From the NCBI GenBank assembly GCA_024704765.1, contig JAKMXF010000111.1, positions 574,619 to 638,618 of the forward strand: a DNA stretch of 64,000 nucleotides, read 5' to 3'. The notes under the pieces were generated by a model. That model saw only the letters and a list, made by a program, of their open reading frames with translations, had not been told where the DNA came from and ran no database searches. A program made the translations under genes and the position numbers. Origin of the DNA: Oopsacas minuta. Its lineage: Eukaryota > Animalia > Porifera. This document shows positions 32,431 to 43,404 of this stretch, in pieces (position 1 is the stretch's first letter; each line of letters begins with the position of its first letter).

Positions 32431-35400
32431 ATGTATTGCTGGGGGAATTCTGCAAATGGAGAGTTGGGACTAGGAGGGACCGAAGCTCAGATATTCAGTC
32501 TACCTTTCTTGAACAAACATTTTCAGAACGTACGAGTACAAGATATAAGCTGTGGCTATAACCATACAGTAGCTATTCTAGACAACGGACAAGCAGTATC
32601 ATTTGGAGCTAACGAATATGGTCAATTAGGACAGAATGTCAGCGAAAAGAAACCCGGAATAGTAAAGACATTAGCCGAGCTTCGCTGTGTGAAGATGGCA
32701 GCTTGTGGTGCAAGGCACACTCTCTTTCTAACAACCAATTCACAAGTATATGCCTGTGGGGATAATAGCATGGGACAGCTAGGACTAGGAGATAGAGAAC
32801 CACGCAACAAACCTAGATTACTACCTCGTCTGCAACAAGATAATATTATTCAGGTCACATGTGGTAAGTTCCATTCTCTTGCACTTACTCAAGATAGTGT
32901 AGTATTTGCTTGGGGCTGTAATGAACAGGGACAACTCGGTACTGACAGTATAGACAAATCCTGTGTGTGTCCTAACCCAGTGGTCACATTGCTATCACTA
33001 TTCATTGCACAGATTAACTCGGGGGCTAATCACTCGTTTGCACTGACTTCCAGTGGTTCCCTCTTCTCCTGGGGACGTAACACTTTCGGACAGCTTGGAC
33101 TAGGTGATACAACAGACAGACGGTTACCTACACTAATTGAGTCTATTCAGAACAAGTTTGTAGTCTCAGTAGACGGAGGAGAGGAACATTCTCTTGTCTT
33201 AACACAAGAAGGATCTGTATTTTCATTTGGATGTGGTGTATACGGACAATTAGGTCATGACTCCAAAGCTAATCAACTCACCCCCAAGCAGATATTCGAC
33301 CTCATGGGATCAGTAGTTATACAGATAGCTTGTGGTCGTATGCATACGCTTGTAGCTAAGCTGGTACCGCCTACTATATACGCATTTGGTCTTGGAATTA
33401 ATGGTCAGTTAGGTACTACAATAAAACTAGACTCTGTTACTATTCCTGTAGCAGTTAGTAAGGATAGTCACATACAAGATCCAGCGTATCAGATAGTAGC
33501 TGATAGATTTAGGGAGAAATCTCATCGAATATACGCGGGAGGGGATCAGTCCTTCATGTCAGTGTTCCCCTCAGGGGGTGGACACATGTTGGACATGAGG
33601 ACGCGGTACTACTGGATGCCTGACATGCTATCCTGTGGTCATTTTACCTCTCTCCTGGACTCTATGAAATCTAGATCAAAGCAGTCTGATATAGCAGCTT
33701 CTACTAGGTTAATTCTTAAAGTGTTCTCACAGCCCTCTCTTCTAAGCGGATCATTCCTGACTGCTCAACCCTATAGGACAGGGTTTTTGGAAGAGGATAC
33801 ACTCCCTGGTCTGGATATTGAGAATTTAAAATCCTTACTAACTCATGATTACTTTAAAACTGATAGGAACTTGATTGCACTTCTCTGTGAGTCAGTATGT
33901 AACTTGCTTACGTCATTACGTTTCCCTCTTGCACACCCTGAAACTCTAAGAGTATTCTTAATCATTCCTTGCCTCCTCTCACTCAAAGATTGCGATCTAA
34001 TCAATAGAGTACTTCCTGTCTATTTAGATAAATTCCTATCTTTAGGGGAGCAGTACATAAGGATACTGGGTATCTGGTATAACTTGATACATCCATCATT
34101 TTTCCATCATTTCGTAAACCTCGTAGTACACAGCATCAGTTTAATAATTGAGAATAGAAGTACAGATGAGACCTTACTGAAGAGAGTCACAGACTCTATG
34201 CGAGTGCTACAGTATTCTAATTTCATCAATTACAGATCTATAATTCCTTATCAAACATTTTATATCAGAAATCTACCGAAATATGTAGATTTATATGATG
34301 CATATGACAGATACCAGAAGAATAATTATCTATTCTCTTTCTGCAATTATCCCTTTATTCTAGATGAAGTTTCTAAAACTAGTCTATTGAAAATATCAAA
34401 CTTATTTCAAATGAAACAGGAAATGTCAAATGTTCACAAACTCCAGATGGCTAATTCAGATATTCTCTTCAATGATAAAATACAATACTTCACTCTTGCC
34501 GTTTCTAGGAAGAACTTAATTCCTGACACACTAGACAACTTGACGCAGGGACACATTAAATACTTAATTCGTAAACCACTAATAGTTCAATTTAATAATG
34601 AAATGGGTCAGGATGATGGCGGACTTAAAAAGGAATATTTTATGATTTTAGTTAAAGAAATCATGAGTCCATCTTTCGGTATGTTAAAGGCAGATGATGA
34701 GAGTAATCTGCTATGGTTCCACGGATTCACATTTGAAACACCAGAATTCTTCCGGCTACTCGGGATTATTTGTGGACTTGCAATTTACAATGACGTAATC
34801 GTAGATCTTCCATTCCCTCTTGCCTTGTATAAGAAGTTGTTAGGTAAGAAAGTTGATATCTTAGATTTGATAGAATTGCATCCATCTCTGGGAAATTCTA
34901 TGAAAAGTATACTCGAATTTGATGGAAATGATTTTGAAGAAACTTTTTGTTTGACTTTTGAGATTACTCAAGAACATTTTGGTGAGTTTGTTAAAATTAA
35001 TTTGATTGAAGATGGGGATAAACAACCAGTAACCATCCAGAACCGTGGTTTGTTCGTTGACAAATACATCGATTATGTCTTCAATAAATCTGTAGATATT
35101 CAATTTAATGCTTTTGAAGAAGGTTTTTACTTCGTTTGTCAATCTCCAATTACCAAAATGTTCCATCCGAATGAACTACGTTTAGTAATGTGTGGTACGC
35201 CAGAGTATGATTTTGCAGAGCTCGAGAGCCATACAACCTATGCTAATGGATATTACAAGGAGCATCCTACCATTGTTATGTTCTGGCAAACTCTAAACTC
35301 ATTCTCTGACGAACTAAAGAGAAAATTTTTAAGTTTCCTAAGCGGCTCAGACCGTGTCCCCATAAGCGGATTGTCTAGCCTCAAATTTAAGATCCAACAG

Positions 35401-35541
35401 ATGGGATATGGTTATGAGAGACTGCCTATAGCTCATACTTGTTACAATATACTAGCTCTTCCCCCTTACACAGATAAAACTGTGATGAGAACGAAACTCT
35501 TACAAGCGATTAACTTTTCTGAAGGATTCTTACTTGTCTAG
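32431..35541 (+). CDS. HERC4: Small HERC E3 ligase (RCC1-like repeats + HECT), intronless
   Basis: RCC1 repeats (CGYNHT, GANEYGQLG, GRNTFGQLGLG); HECT QDDGGLKKEYF, SGSDRVPISG, LPIAHTCYNILALPPY. Paralogue (HERC3-6) not resolvable. Confidence 0.9.
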   Translation: MYCWGNSANGELGLGGTEAQIFSLPFLNKHFQNVRVQDISCGYNHTVAILDNGQAVSFGANEYGQLGQNVSEKKPGIVKTLAELRCVKMAACGARHTLFLTTNSQVYACGDNSMGQLGLGDREPRNKPRLLPRLQQDNIIQVTCGKFHSLALTQDSVVFAWGCNEQGQLGTDSIDKSCVCPNPVVTLLSLFIAQINSGANHSFALTSSGSLFSWGRNTFGQLGLGDTTDRRLPTLIESIQNKFVVSVDGGEEHSLVLTQEGSVFSFGCGVYGQLGHDSKANQLTPKQIFDLMGSVVIQIACGRMHTLVAKLVPPTIYAFGLGINGQLGTTIKLDSVTIPVAVSKDSHIQDPAYQIVADRFREKSHRIYAGGDQSFMSVFPSGGGHMLDMRTRYYWMPDMLSCGHFTSLLDSMKSRSKQSDIAASTRLILKVFSQPSLLSGSFLTAQPYRTGFLEEDTLPGLDIENLKSLLTHDYFKTDRNLIALLCESVCNLLTSLRFPLAHPETLRVFLIIPCLLSLKDCDLINRVLPVYLDKFLSLGEQYIRILGIWYNLIHPSFFHHFVNLVVHSISLIIENRSTDETLLKRVTDSMRVLQYSNFINYRSIIPYQTFYIRNLPKYVDLYDAYDRYQKNNYLFSFCNYPFILDEVSKTSLLKISNLFQMKQEMSNVHKLQMANSDILFNDKIQYFTLAVSRKNLIPDTLDNLTQGHIKYLIRKPLIVQFNNEMGQDDGGLKKEYFMILVKEIMSPSFGMLKADDESNLLWFHGFTFETPEFFRLLGIICGLAIYNDVIVDLPFPLALYKKLLGKKVDILDLIELHPSLGNSMKSILEFDGNDFEETFCLTFEITQEHFGEFVKINLIEDGDKQPVTIQNRGLFVDKYIDYVFNKSVDIQFNAFEEGFYFVCQSPITKMFHPNELRLVMCGTPEYDFAELESHTTYANGYYKEHPTIVMFWQTLNSFSDELKRKFLSFLSGSDRVPISGLSSLKFKIQQMGYGYERLPIAHTCYNILALPPYTDKTVMRTKLLQAINFSEGFLLV

Positions 35542-35679
35542 TTTGTTAGAAATTCATTTCCTACAAATTTTATTACTGCTATAATAATATGGATTGTGTG
35601 TTACGTTTTAAGAAAATTGTTCATTCTTGATAATGAGGTTATTTGAGCAAGGTTGTTAGATCAATGCAAATTATAATTA

Positions 35680-35812
35680 CAGTACAATTCAGATAAGATA
35701 TCCCCCCATGACAACAAAAATGTATACGTTTCATCTGAGTATTTTCCTATACAATTAGTAACACCGTTTTGGAGAAAAGTACGTCTACATACATACTAAC
35801 CGAGTTCTACTG
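35680..35812. mobile_element. Degenerate Tigger-like MITE
   Basis: TA|CAGTACAATTCAGATAAG...CTAACCGAGTTCTACTG|TT; imperfect TIRs, right flank is not TA. Confidence 0.45.
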
Positions 35813-36004
35813 TTCATGATATCACTCTACCCACTTTAAATAATGGTTACTTATATATCACAGAGTAATCCGTTTAAATATTTATAATTATGGTAATATT
35901 AATCCAGAGTTATTAAATAGCTTATCAATTTATTGTCAGGCTACGTTGCCTTCTCGTGGACTAGCACATGATCTTAGTACTAGGCATTAGTAAGACATAT
36001 ATTT

Positions 36005-38004
36005 ATGAGCCAAATAAATCAAAGATCTAAAACTATTAAAATGTTTACCGTTAAAAAGAAGAATATTAATTCGTCCCTCTTAATGGCTACATACCACGCT
36101 AACTCCTCAACAAATGAGGGAGATTCTAATTTAGAGCAAACTTTTGAACCTTTGCTTAACTACAAGCCCCCTAAGAAAAAATGCTTTCAAGTATCAGGTA
36201 TATCTATCCTTTACATTGTGTTATTTTTCCACAGACTGACTCAATTCTCTCTTACATGGGCCTTACAGCTAGAGCTACTAACTCTGCTTAAAGTTTACGA
36301 GAATGTATTCTCTACATCTACTGAATCTGTATTTGAAAGTTTCATAATTATTGGTAACATCATTTCTTATGGGCTCGGCTATCTATTATCACCAATTTTC
36401 GGGTATTTAGCCGATGCGTACTTCGGGCGATATCGTGTCATTCTCGGCTCGCTTTGTCTGTTATTCGTCTCTCTTCTTAGTAAAGTTATTTTCATAGGTA
36501 TTCTTATGCATCTCTGTCCACAAGTTGTAACTTTACAAAATATATTTATTCCATCCACGAACCAAACATTCGGTTACTTTAGTAACTTTACGTGTTTTCA
36601 ATCTCATTCATCAGAGATTCCTTCACACACTGCATTGGGAATAATAGCTGGAATTGCTATAGTCTCCTTCTTGGTGGTAAGCAGTATATCATTTTCTGGA
36701 TTATTCGCGAACTTATGTCCTTTCTTTGTAGACCAGGTGGAGGGTTCCTCAGAAGTTGCACTTAGCACACTTTTCCATAAATATTATTGGGTGTCCAATT
36801 TAGGATCTGTTGTAGCTGCTATTCTTATCCCAATGTTCCAATATTTCAGTTTGTCAATATCTCTTGTCATCTCTATAATATCCAACGTCACCACTATTAT
36901 TCTATTTTTTATGTACAGAAAAAGGTTTATTTCTCAACCTCCACACAAGCCATACCCACTTAGCCTCATCAAAAAGGTTGTAATCAGTTCCTTTAGGAAA
37001 CGGGATGATGATTTAGATGATTTAGATGATCGAACTGTGCTGAGAAGAAGACCGATGCTCTGTCATCCGACAGGGGTGCTCGATAGAGCTAAAGTTAGTA
37101 ATGGTGGTAGATTCCAGGTCGAGACGGTGGAAGATAGCAAGGCCTTCTTTAGACTATTGGCCGTGTTTCTATCCTTCATGGGGCTATACTATATTCAAAT
37201 CCAGGTTCGTTATAACTGGATTTTAACTATAGCTATTTATCACTTATGTTTAGGCTTTAGGAATATTTTCATTACAAGCCTTCTACCTGGATCTACCAAA
37301 CCCAGCTAGCATATACCAGAAAGTACTCACATATTCTATCGTATCGAATAGTTTACAAATCTTTGACTCGTTTGCTGTACTCATAGCTCAACCAATTCTC
37401 ATGTTGACCCTACGTAAGCTAGGCCCTTGGGCTCCTAATCTACTACAGAGGATGGGGATTGGGTATGTGCTAGGATTGTTGGGTATAGTGATGGCTGCTC
37501 TAGTTGACGTGTTGAGGGTAGAGTTCCCCTGTATGATCAATCTATTCATTCAGATACCTCAGTATACTTTGATTGGGCTGTCAGAGTCAATTGGAATAGT
37601 CTCTCGTAAGTATTTGTAATTTCTAATTATCATAGTGATACTTATATGATAATATTATTTCATTAGATATGGAGTTTACATATGCTCAATCTCCATATAC
37701 CATGAAAGGAATGTTGTTCGGATTCATGCAGTGTTCACGAGGGATCGGTATCTACATACTAACAGCGCTGGTTTTACTAGTTTCTCTAGCTAGTAATTGT
37801 GGCAATGGTGATATATCTGACATAGTCGATTATATAGACTGTAATCGAGTTGATAATACAACTTGTCTGTACTACAGTGTTGGACTGTCTCCTAAAGCGC
37901 GTTACTTCTGGCTTATGAACCTTCTCATTGCTCTTGTGGGGCTACCAATATTCTCCTATATTGCATATCGTTATTCACAGAGAAGAAGGCATTATACTGA
38001 CTAA
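36005..38004 (+). CDS. SLC15/POT proton-coupled oligopeptide transporter, 3 exons
   Basis: FGYLADAYFGRY, ANLCPFFVDQV, FHKYYWVSNLGS, GGRFQVETVEDSKAF, LLQRMGIG, QIPQY.LIGLSE, EFTYAQSPYTMKG. Introns at 37205-37253 and about 37606-37666. SLC15A4-like; true start may be the later Met (MATYH). Confidence 0.85.
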
Positions 38005-38146
38005 TGATTTAATGTATTTGTGTCTATCTTTATTTTATTTGTTTTCAAACTTTTAATAATTATTTTATTTATGACATATTATTAATAGAATTTTAACTAT
38101 CATTTGTTTTGGATGTATGACACAGCAAGAATATTAGTAGTTCCAA

Positions 38147-38524
38147 ATGGCATCTGTTAGTTTGAGTACTTCCAAACTTGTACAGTATATTGTTGTACGG
38201 AGGGACCTTCTAGGAACCGCAGGTTGGTCGCTAGGTGCTCTCATAGCTCAGGCTTGTCACGCCTCTACTGCCGCTCTCTATCTCTATCATGATCATACTC
38301 ACACACAGGAATACTATAGTGACCTTGATAGGATGCATAAAGTTATTTTGGAAGTTTCTAACGAGAGTGCTCTGAAGGAACTTAGCGTAAAGCTAACTGC
38401 AAATGAAATAGAGTTTAAACTTTGGGTAGAACAACCGGAGAACTACCCCACAAGCCTAGCAACCAGACCGTATCCTCAGAATTTAATAAAACCTATGTTT
38501 ACTGCGCTTAAGTTATTCAAATAA
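38147..38524 (+). CDS. PTRHD1: Putative peptidyl-tRNA hydrolase PTRHD1
   Basis: VQYIVVRRDL, WSLGALIAQACHA, MHKVILEV, KLWVEQPENYPTSLATRPY. Confidence 0.93.
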   Translation: MASVSLSTSKLVQYIVVRRDLLGTAGWSLGALIAQACHASTAALYLYHDHTHTQEYYSDLDRMHKVILEVSNESALKELSVKLTANEIEFKLWVEQPENYPTSLATRPYPQNLIKPMFTALKLFK

Positions 38525-38605
38525 TATTTATTATTATTATACACTAAATATAAATATTACCAGAATTGGAGAATGTAATAATATTTAATAAGTAGGTTTA
38601 TATAG

Positions 38606-39616
38606 ATGGCAATTCGTTTCCGTACAGCTTTTGACTACTCTCAAGTTCCATTACTAATGAAGTCTAAATCAGCTGTCCCTTACAAGATCCCTCTGCACAT
38701 CCGTAACGGAGTTAAGAGGATCCTCTCCCTTGTACATTTGTCGGATATGTTGATAGAAGTTGTAGATTCCAGAACTCCTATCTCAGGACAATGCACCCTG
38801 AGTGAATCATACCTCCCTTCGTATAAGCCACGAATAACTCTATTTAACAAAAATGATTTATCAGAAAAGTTAGAAGAGACTGAGCAGCATTTGATAGCAC
38901 AAGGCCTTACTAGAGATAAGTTTGTAATAGGGAGAACTAAATTAGCTAAAAAGGCTAGGAAAGTAACTGCCTCTACTACTCGAACAGTAAACCAAATACT
39001 TACGAAAGTTAAAACTCATATGGTAGGTTTTGACTCAGAGGCTGAAGACTTTAAACTGCTAATAATCGGTAACCCAAACACAGGAAAATCCTCTCTAATT
39101 AACGCTATGCGATATGTAGAGAGATTTAAGCTAGGAGAGGTAGATAGAGTTAAGAAATTATCTGTGAGGGTAGGTAAGAAGCCAGGCATGACACAAAGTG
39201 TTACTACACCTATCCTGGTTTGTAGAGACCCTAGAATATCTATTTTCGATACCCCTGGTATCCTCCCTCCCTCATCACCGGATCCTGAAGTTACTATGAA
39301 AATGGCCGCTGTACACAGTCTCTGGGATGAATACGTTAGCCCAGATATAGTCGCTGATTTCATACTTTTCTCGTTGAATTTGCAACAAAAGTTTGATTAT
39401 TGCAACTATTACGAACTAACCTCCCCTACTGACAATGCTACAGAACTGCTCACGTTTATAGCAGAGAAACGAGGAGCCAAGAAGCGTAGCGGAGGGTGGG
39501 ATCTGTTTAATGCAGCTCAAGTGTTTCTGAAAGCATTCAGGAAAGGAGAGTTAGGCACTATTAATTTAGATTTTAATTTGTTGCAACAGGAATCACAAAT
39601 AAATATAAACAAATAA
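38606..39616 (+). CDS. MTG1: Mitochondrial ribosome-associated GTPase 1 (RbgA/YlqF family)
   Basis: Circularly permuted G motifs: IEVVDSRTP, NKNDL, IGNPNTGKSSLIN, VGKKPGMT, DTPGIL; FLKAFRKGELG. Confidence 0.88.
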   Translation: MAIRFRTAFDYSQVPLLMKSKSAVPYKIPLHIRNGVKRILSLVHLSDMLIEVVDSRTPISGQCTLSESYLPSYKPRITLFNKNDLSEKLEETEQHLIAQGLTRDKFVIGRTKLAKKARKVTASTTRTVNQILTKVKTHMVGFDSEAEDFKLLIIGNPNTGKSSLINAMRYVERFKLGEVDRVKKLSVRVGKKPGMTQSVTTPILVCRDPRISIFDTPGILPPSSPDPEVTMKMAAVHSLWDEYVSPDIVADFILFSLNLQQKFDYCNYYELTSPTDNATELLTFIAEKRGAKKRSGGWDLFNAAQVFLKAFRKGELGTINLDFNLLQQESQININK

Positions 39617-39788
39617 AATTTTGCAATTACACAATGGAAAAGTTAAAGATTTGGCTGAGGCATCCATTCCCAACCTGGAGCCCACTGGGCTAAGGTATTC
39701 TTTGCATTCACTGATATGTAACCATCGATCGATCGAGAATATCTTTACAGTTTACAAAGCTAGAAGCTTGTCTTAATTTAGTAATTAT

Positions 39789-40808
39789 ATGCTTTCTCGT
39801 GTTTGGAATAATTTTTCAGTAACCGGAATAATGAAAGCTATTCGCATAGACAGTTTTGGAGGCCCAGAGGTGCTCAAACTCCAAGGCTCCCTCCCTGTCC
39901 CAGAAATCGGTACCAGACAAGTACTAATCAATGTACACTCAGTCAGTATTAATCCAGTAGACACATACATACGGTCTGGACAGTATGCTCGACTACCTAC
40001 CCTCCCTTATACTCCTGGGAATGATTGTAGTGGAGTTATTGAACACGTGGGAGCTGAGGTAAACAAGTTTAAACCAGGAGACCGTGTGTACTCCCTCCGT
40101 ACAATAACTGGGAGCTACTCCACACATGCAGTATGCGATGTGGAGTATGTTAATAATCTACCAGATTGTCTCCCTTTCAATGAGGGGGCGTGTCTAGGCA
40201 CCACCTACTACACTGCATACAGAGCTCTGATTCTAGTGGGTAAAGCTAAACCAGGACAACTAGTCCTTGTCCATGGAGCTAGTGGGGGCGTGGGGACCGC
40301 TTGTCTACAACTCTGTAAACAAATGGGTATCAGAGCTGTAGGCACAGCAGGTACACCTGATGGAGAGAAGGCTGCTCTCACCTCGGGAGCTGATACAGTA
40401 GTTAACCACAGACAAGATAAGTACGTAGATACATTGAAGGAATTGTCTTCAGCTAACGGAGGATTTGATATAATTTTAGAGAATGCAGCTCATGTCAATT
40501 TAGCTACGGATTTAGATCTGGTAGCTAACAAGGGTGTTGTTATAGTGGTGGGTAGTAAGGGGATGAATAGCATAGAGATGGTACCTAGGAAACTAATGGC
40601 TAAGGAATGTAGTGTAACTGGCATATTATTCTGGAATATTTCTCCTGATGAACTGGTACAATCTCATGCTGCTATTCTAGCTGGTGTAAAGATAGGAGTA
40701 CTTAAGCCTGTAATTAGTAACTTGTTTGAATTGGGAGAGGCAGGGAAAGCTCATGAACAGCTTATGAGTGGAAAAGGAGCAGCTGGACAGATAGTATTAG
40801 TACCTTAG
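39789..40808 (+). CDS. CRYZ: Quinone oxidoreductase / zeta-crystallin
   Basis: FGGPEVLKL, INPVDTYIRSG.Y..P.LPYTPG.D.SG, Y.TAYRAL, VLVHGASGGVG. Confidence 0.9.
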   Translation: MLSRVWNNFSVTGIMKAIRIDSFGGPEVLKLQGSLPVPEIGTRQVLINVHSVSINPVDTYIRSGQYARLPTLPYTPGNDCSGVIEHVGAEVNKFKPGDRVYSLRTITGSYSTHAVCDVEYVNNLPDCLPFNEGACLGTTYYTAYRALILVGKAKPGQLVLVHGASGGVGTACLQLCKQMGIRAVGTAGTPDGEKAALTSGADTVVNHRQDKYVDTLKELSSANGGFDIILENAAHVNLATDLDLVANKGVVIVVGSKGMNSIEMVPRKLMAKECSVTGILFWNISPDELVQSHAAILAGVKIGVLKPVISNLFELGEAGKAHEQLMSGKGAAGQIVLVP

Positions 40809-40913
40809 CTTAGCCGTATTCGAAGTTATTGTATATTTTCATGTTAGTAATATATTCTACTCTATTAATGATATTTTTTATTGCTGATATACTCAAATAG
40901 AGCAATATAGAAT

Positions 40914-41780
40914 TTACCAAATTGGTTCTTGAGCTTTCAATTCCTGTTGGTTAACATAATGTCTACTTTGCTGTATTCCTGATTTATTTTGGCTATTTAT
41001 TGCTGCTGGGTTAATCTTGTTATTGCCTCTACGTATACCTAGAATTATAAGTGTAGCTATTATTAGTATCAATATTTCTAGAGCAATAAATCCACCTCCT
41101 CCATACAAAGCGTATGGGTTATCTTGTATTGTATTGAATAATGCCTCCACACATCCATCTGTATTCAAATTGATACCATAGCGGTCTATAGCCAGAGGAT
41201 TAGTAGCATCTAGTACTCCATATCCACACTGACTATTAATACGTAGCTCCAGTTTACAGCAAGACATAGGAACACCACAAGCCTCTACTCCTGGAGCAGT
41301 GCAGTTGAAGTATCTATTCATTTGCCAGTCGTTTGGTCCTGTAGCTCCACAGCATTGTAGCAGAGTTTGCATTTGGTCTATAGCGTTGCGGAGATCATTA
41401 TCTTCTCTGTATTGAACAATGAAATTATCTGTTACAGTAATTAGTACATCTGTTAGTGAAGGTTTTGCTATCATAAAGTAAGCTATGATTCCTCCCTCTA
41501 TAACCAATGCTAGTAATACCACACCTAAGTACAGGATTAGGATAATCTTGTTATCTCTGAGAGCCCCTACTATACCTCCCAAGCCCAATAGCACGATGAA
41601 GCAACTTGGTATTATTATTATAATTGATGCATTTGTTAGGATAAAGCCAGCATCTCCTAGGTCCCTACCCTCTAGATAGCTGTACACTCCTATACCGAGC
41701 AGACAGCTTCCTATCATAAACACGATATAGTTAAAACTAACGAATAATATCTTCAATAGCCACAAGAGATACTTTGCCAT
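40914..41780 (-). CDS. Tetraspanin, TspanC8 subfamily
   Basis: Four TM helices; large loop QCCG..GPNDWQMNRYFNC...EACGVPMSCCK...QCGYG...GC with eight Cys. Confidence 0.9.
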   Translation of the reverse strand: MAKYLLWLLKILFVSFNYIVFMIGSCLLGIGVYSYLEGRDLGDAGFILTNASIIIIIPSCFIVLLGLGGIVGALRDNKIILILYLGVVLLALVIEGGIIAYFMIAKPSLTDVLITVTDNFIVQYREDNDLRNAIDQMQTLLQCCGATGPNDWQMNRYFNCTAPGVEACGVPMSCCKLELRINSQCGYGVLDATNPLAIDRYGINLNTDGCVEALFNTIQDNPYALYGGGGFIALEILILIIATLIILGIRRGNNKINPAAINSQNKSGIQQSRHYVNQQELKAQEPIW

Positions 41781-42019
41781 ATTTGAATCTTTTCTTTTCA
41801 GAAATTCATCAATTTATACCATCACCTTTCTGGTCATATCTCTCCCTATTCATTATATGTATATGCAATGTAGTCGTCATATAATGCGATTCTTTTGTTC
41901 CTCTTTTAAGAAGAACCTTTTAAGCTATAGAATAATCTCATATTGAGTTTCCCCTCAAAATTTCATATTTTAAATAAAAATTATTTCCACTTTTAGTAGT
42001 TTAGCTACAACACAGGAAT

Positions 42020-42448
42020 ATGTCCATATTAAATCAAGAACAGCCTCAACTTATTGACAATGGTATTGAAGGGGTATGTCATGTAACGTCACACTCCTTC
42101 CCATCCTATCCCTCTTCTAAGATAAGAGCAGGGGTAATGCTCTACATAAAGACATTCCAAGGCAACACCCTTGCAATAGAAGTGGATCTAGACTACGACA
42201 CAGTAGCTGTTGTGAAGAACAAGATAGAAGATAAGATCGGAATTTCTAAAGATGAGATGATTTTGGTGTTTAATGATAACGACATGTCTGATGAGAGGAG
42301 TCTACGCTCTTACGGTCTCAAGCGGGAAGATACGATGCATCTCGTCCCTAAGAGAAATATAAAAGCGGAATCTTCTCGTACTCAAGCTACTTCGACTGAA
42401 GAAAATACTGCACCCCCAACTCCATGGTGGAAATGCAATATACTATGA
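42020..42448 (+). CDS. Ubiquitin-like protein with C-terminal CaaX (CNIL)
   Basis: LYIKTFQGNTLAIEV..VKNKIEDKIGI...LRSYGLKREDTMHLV; no GG terminus. Probable 48-nt in-frame intron 42074-42121 at the same position as in the paralogue. Confidence 0.8.
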   Translation: MSILNQEQPQLIDNGIEGVCHVTSHSFPSYPSSKIRAGVMLYIKTFQGNTLAIEVDLDYDTVAVVKNKIEDKIGISKDEMILVFNDNDMSDERSLRSYGLKREDTMHLVPKRNIKAESSRTQATSTEENTAPPTPWWKCNIL

Positions 42449-42699
42449 GTATTACAAATATAGACTAGCTATGAGATTTAGAATTATCATTTGATTATTT
42501 TATTATTTAGCTTGTTTGATAATTTTGAGTGGATTTTTATTAATTTTTATTACCTGTGCTTACATAGAGCAGTTATAATTGCTTATCTCAGTTTAAAAAG
42601 CTAACAATTGTGTATTTAATATGTCCACTAAATACGGATATTTATGCTTAATAATATTATTATTGTATATAAATAAGGGTAGTTGATTAAGATTTGTAA

Positions 42700-43266
42700 A
42701 TGGAAGTTACAATCAGGAGTATAACTGGACAAAGCTACCCTCTAACAGTTGAGAAGGAGGCGAGTTTGTTTTCTCTCAAAAGAGACGTATCACTACTGAC
42801 TGATATCACTCCAGATCAGCTACAACTATTCTCACACTCCTCTTTCCTCAAGGAGCCTTCCCTAATCCTCTCAACAGGAGATGAGATACAAATATGTTCT
42901 AAGGTAAGGTCCATAAGGAATGCAACTAATCTATATTTCTACATCTCTTTCTAACAGATACGTGCTGGTGTACTGATCTTTATAAAGACATTCCAGGGAG
43001 ATACAAAAGCATTTGAAGTGGACTTACACTACGACACTATAGCAGTAGTTAAAAATAAGATTGAAGAGAAGATATATATTATCAACAGTGATCAGATGAT
43101 GCTCGTATTTGATGGTAAGGAATTGAGTGATGAGAAATCGTTAGCCTTTTACGGAATTAAGAGAGAGGACACTCTGCACCTTGTCCCTAGAGGAAGGAAT
43201 GGGACGTCACAAGGATCGGGACATACACAGAAGAAAAGGGAGAAAATGATCTGTACTATTTTATGA
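42700..43266 (+). CDS. Di-ubiquitin-like protein with C-terminal CaaX (CTIL), 2 exons
   Basis: Exon 1 is a degenerate UBL (MEVTIRSITGQSYPLTV). Intron 42904-42957. Exon 2 IRAGVLIFIKTFQG...DGKELSDEKSLAFYGIKREDTLHLV...KKREKMICTIL. Confidence 0.8.
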
Positions 43267-43404
43267 GTATTTGTTTGTTCATTATTATTTTGCTGGTTTT
43301 TACTCAGTTTGTATCTTTTATATTACCAATATGCTTTCAGTTTGTGACAATAATTACAACCACAATACCATTGTTACACTTAATATTATTGTGCCTTCTA
43401 TAGC

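Noticed and set aside
42074-42121. Apparent intron loss in UBL copy 1, since the ORF reads through
   Set aside because: The segment has GTATGT...CTAAG ends, is 48 nt, and sits at the paralogue's intron position, so it is probably a retained in-frame intron.
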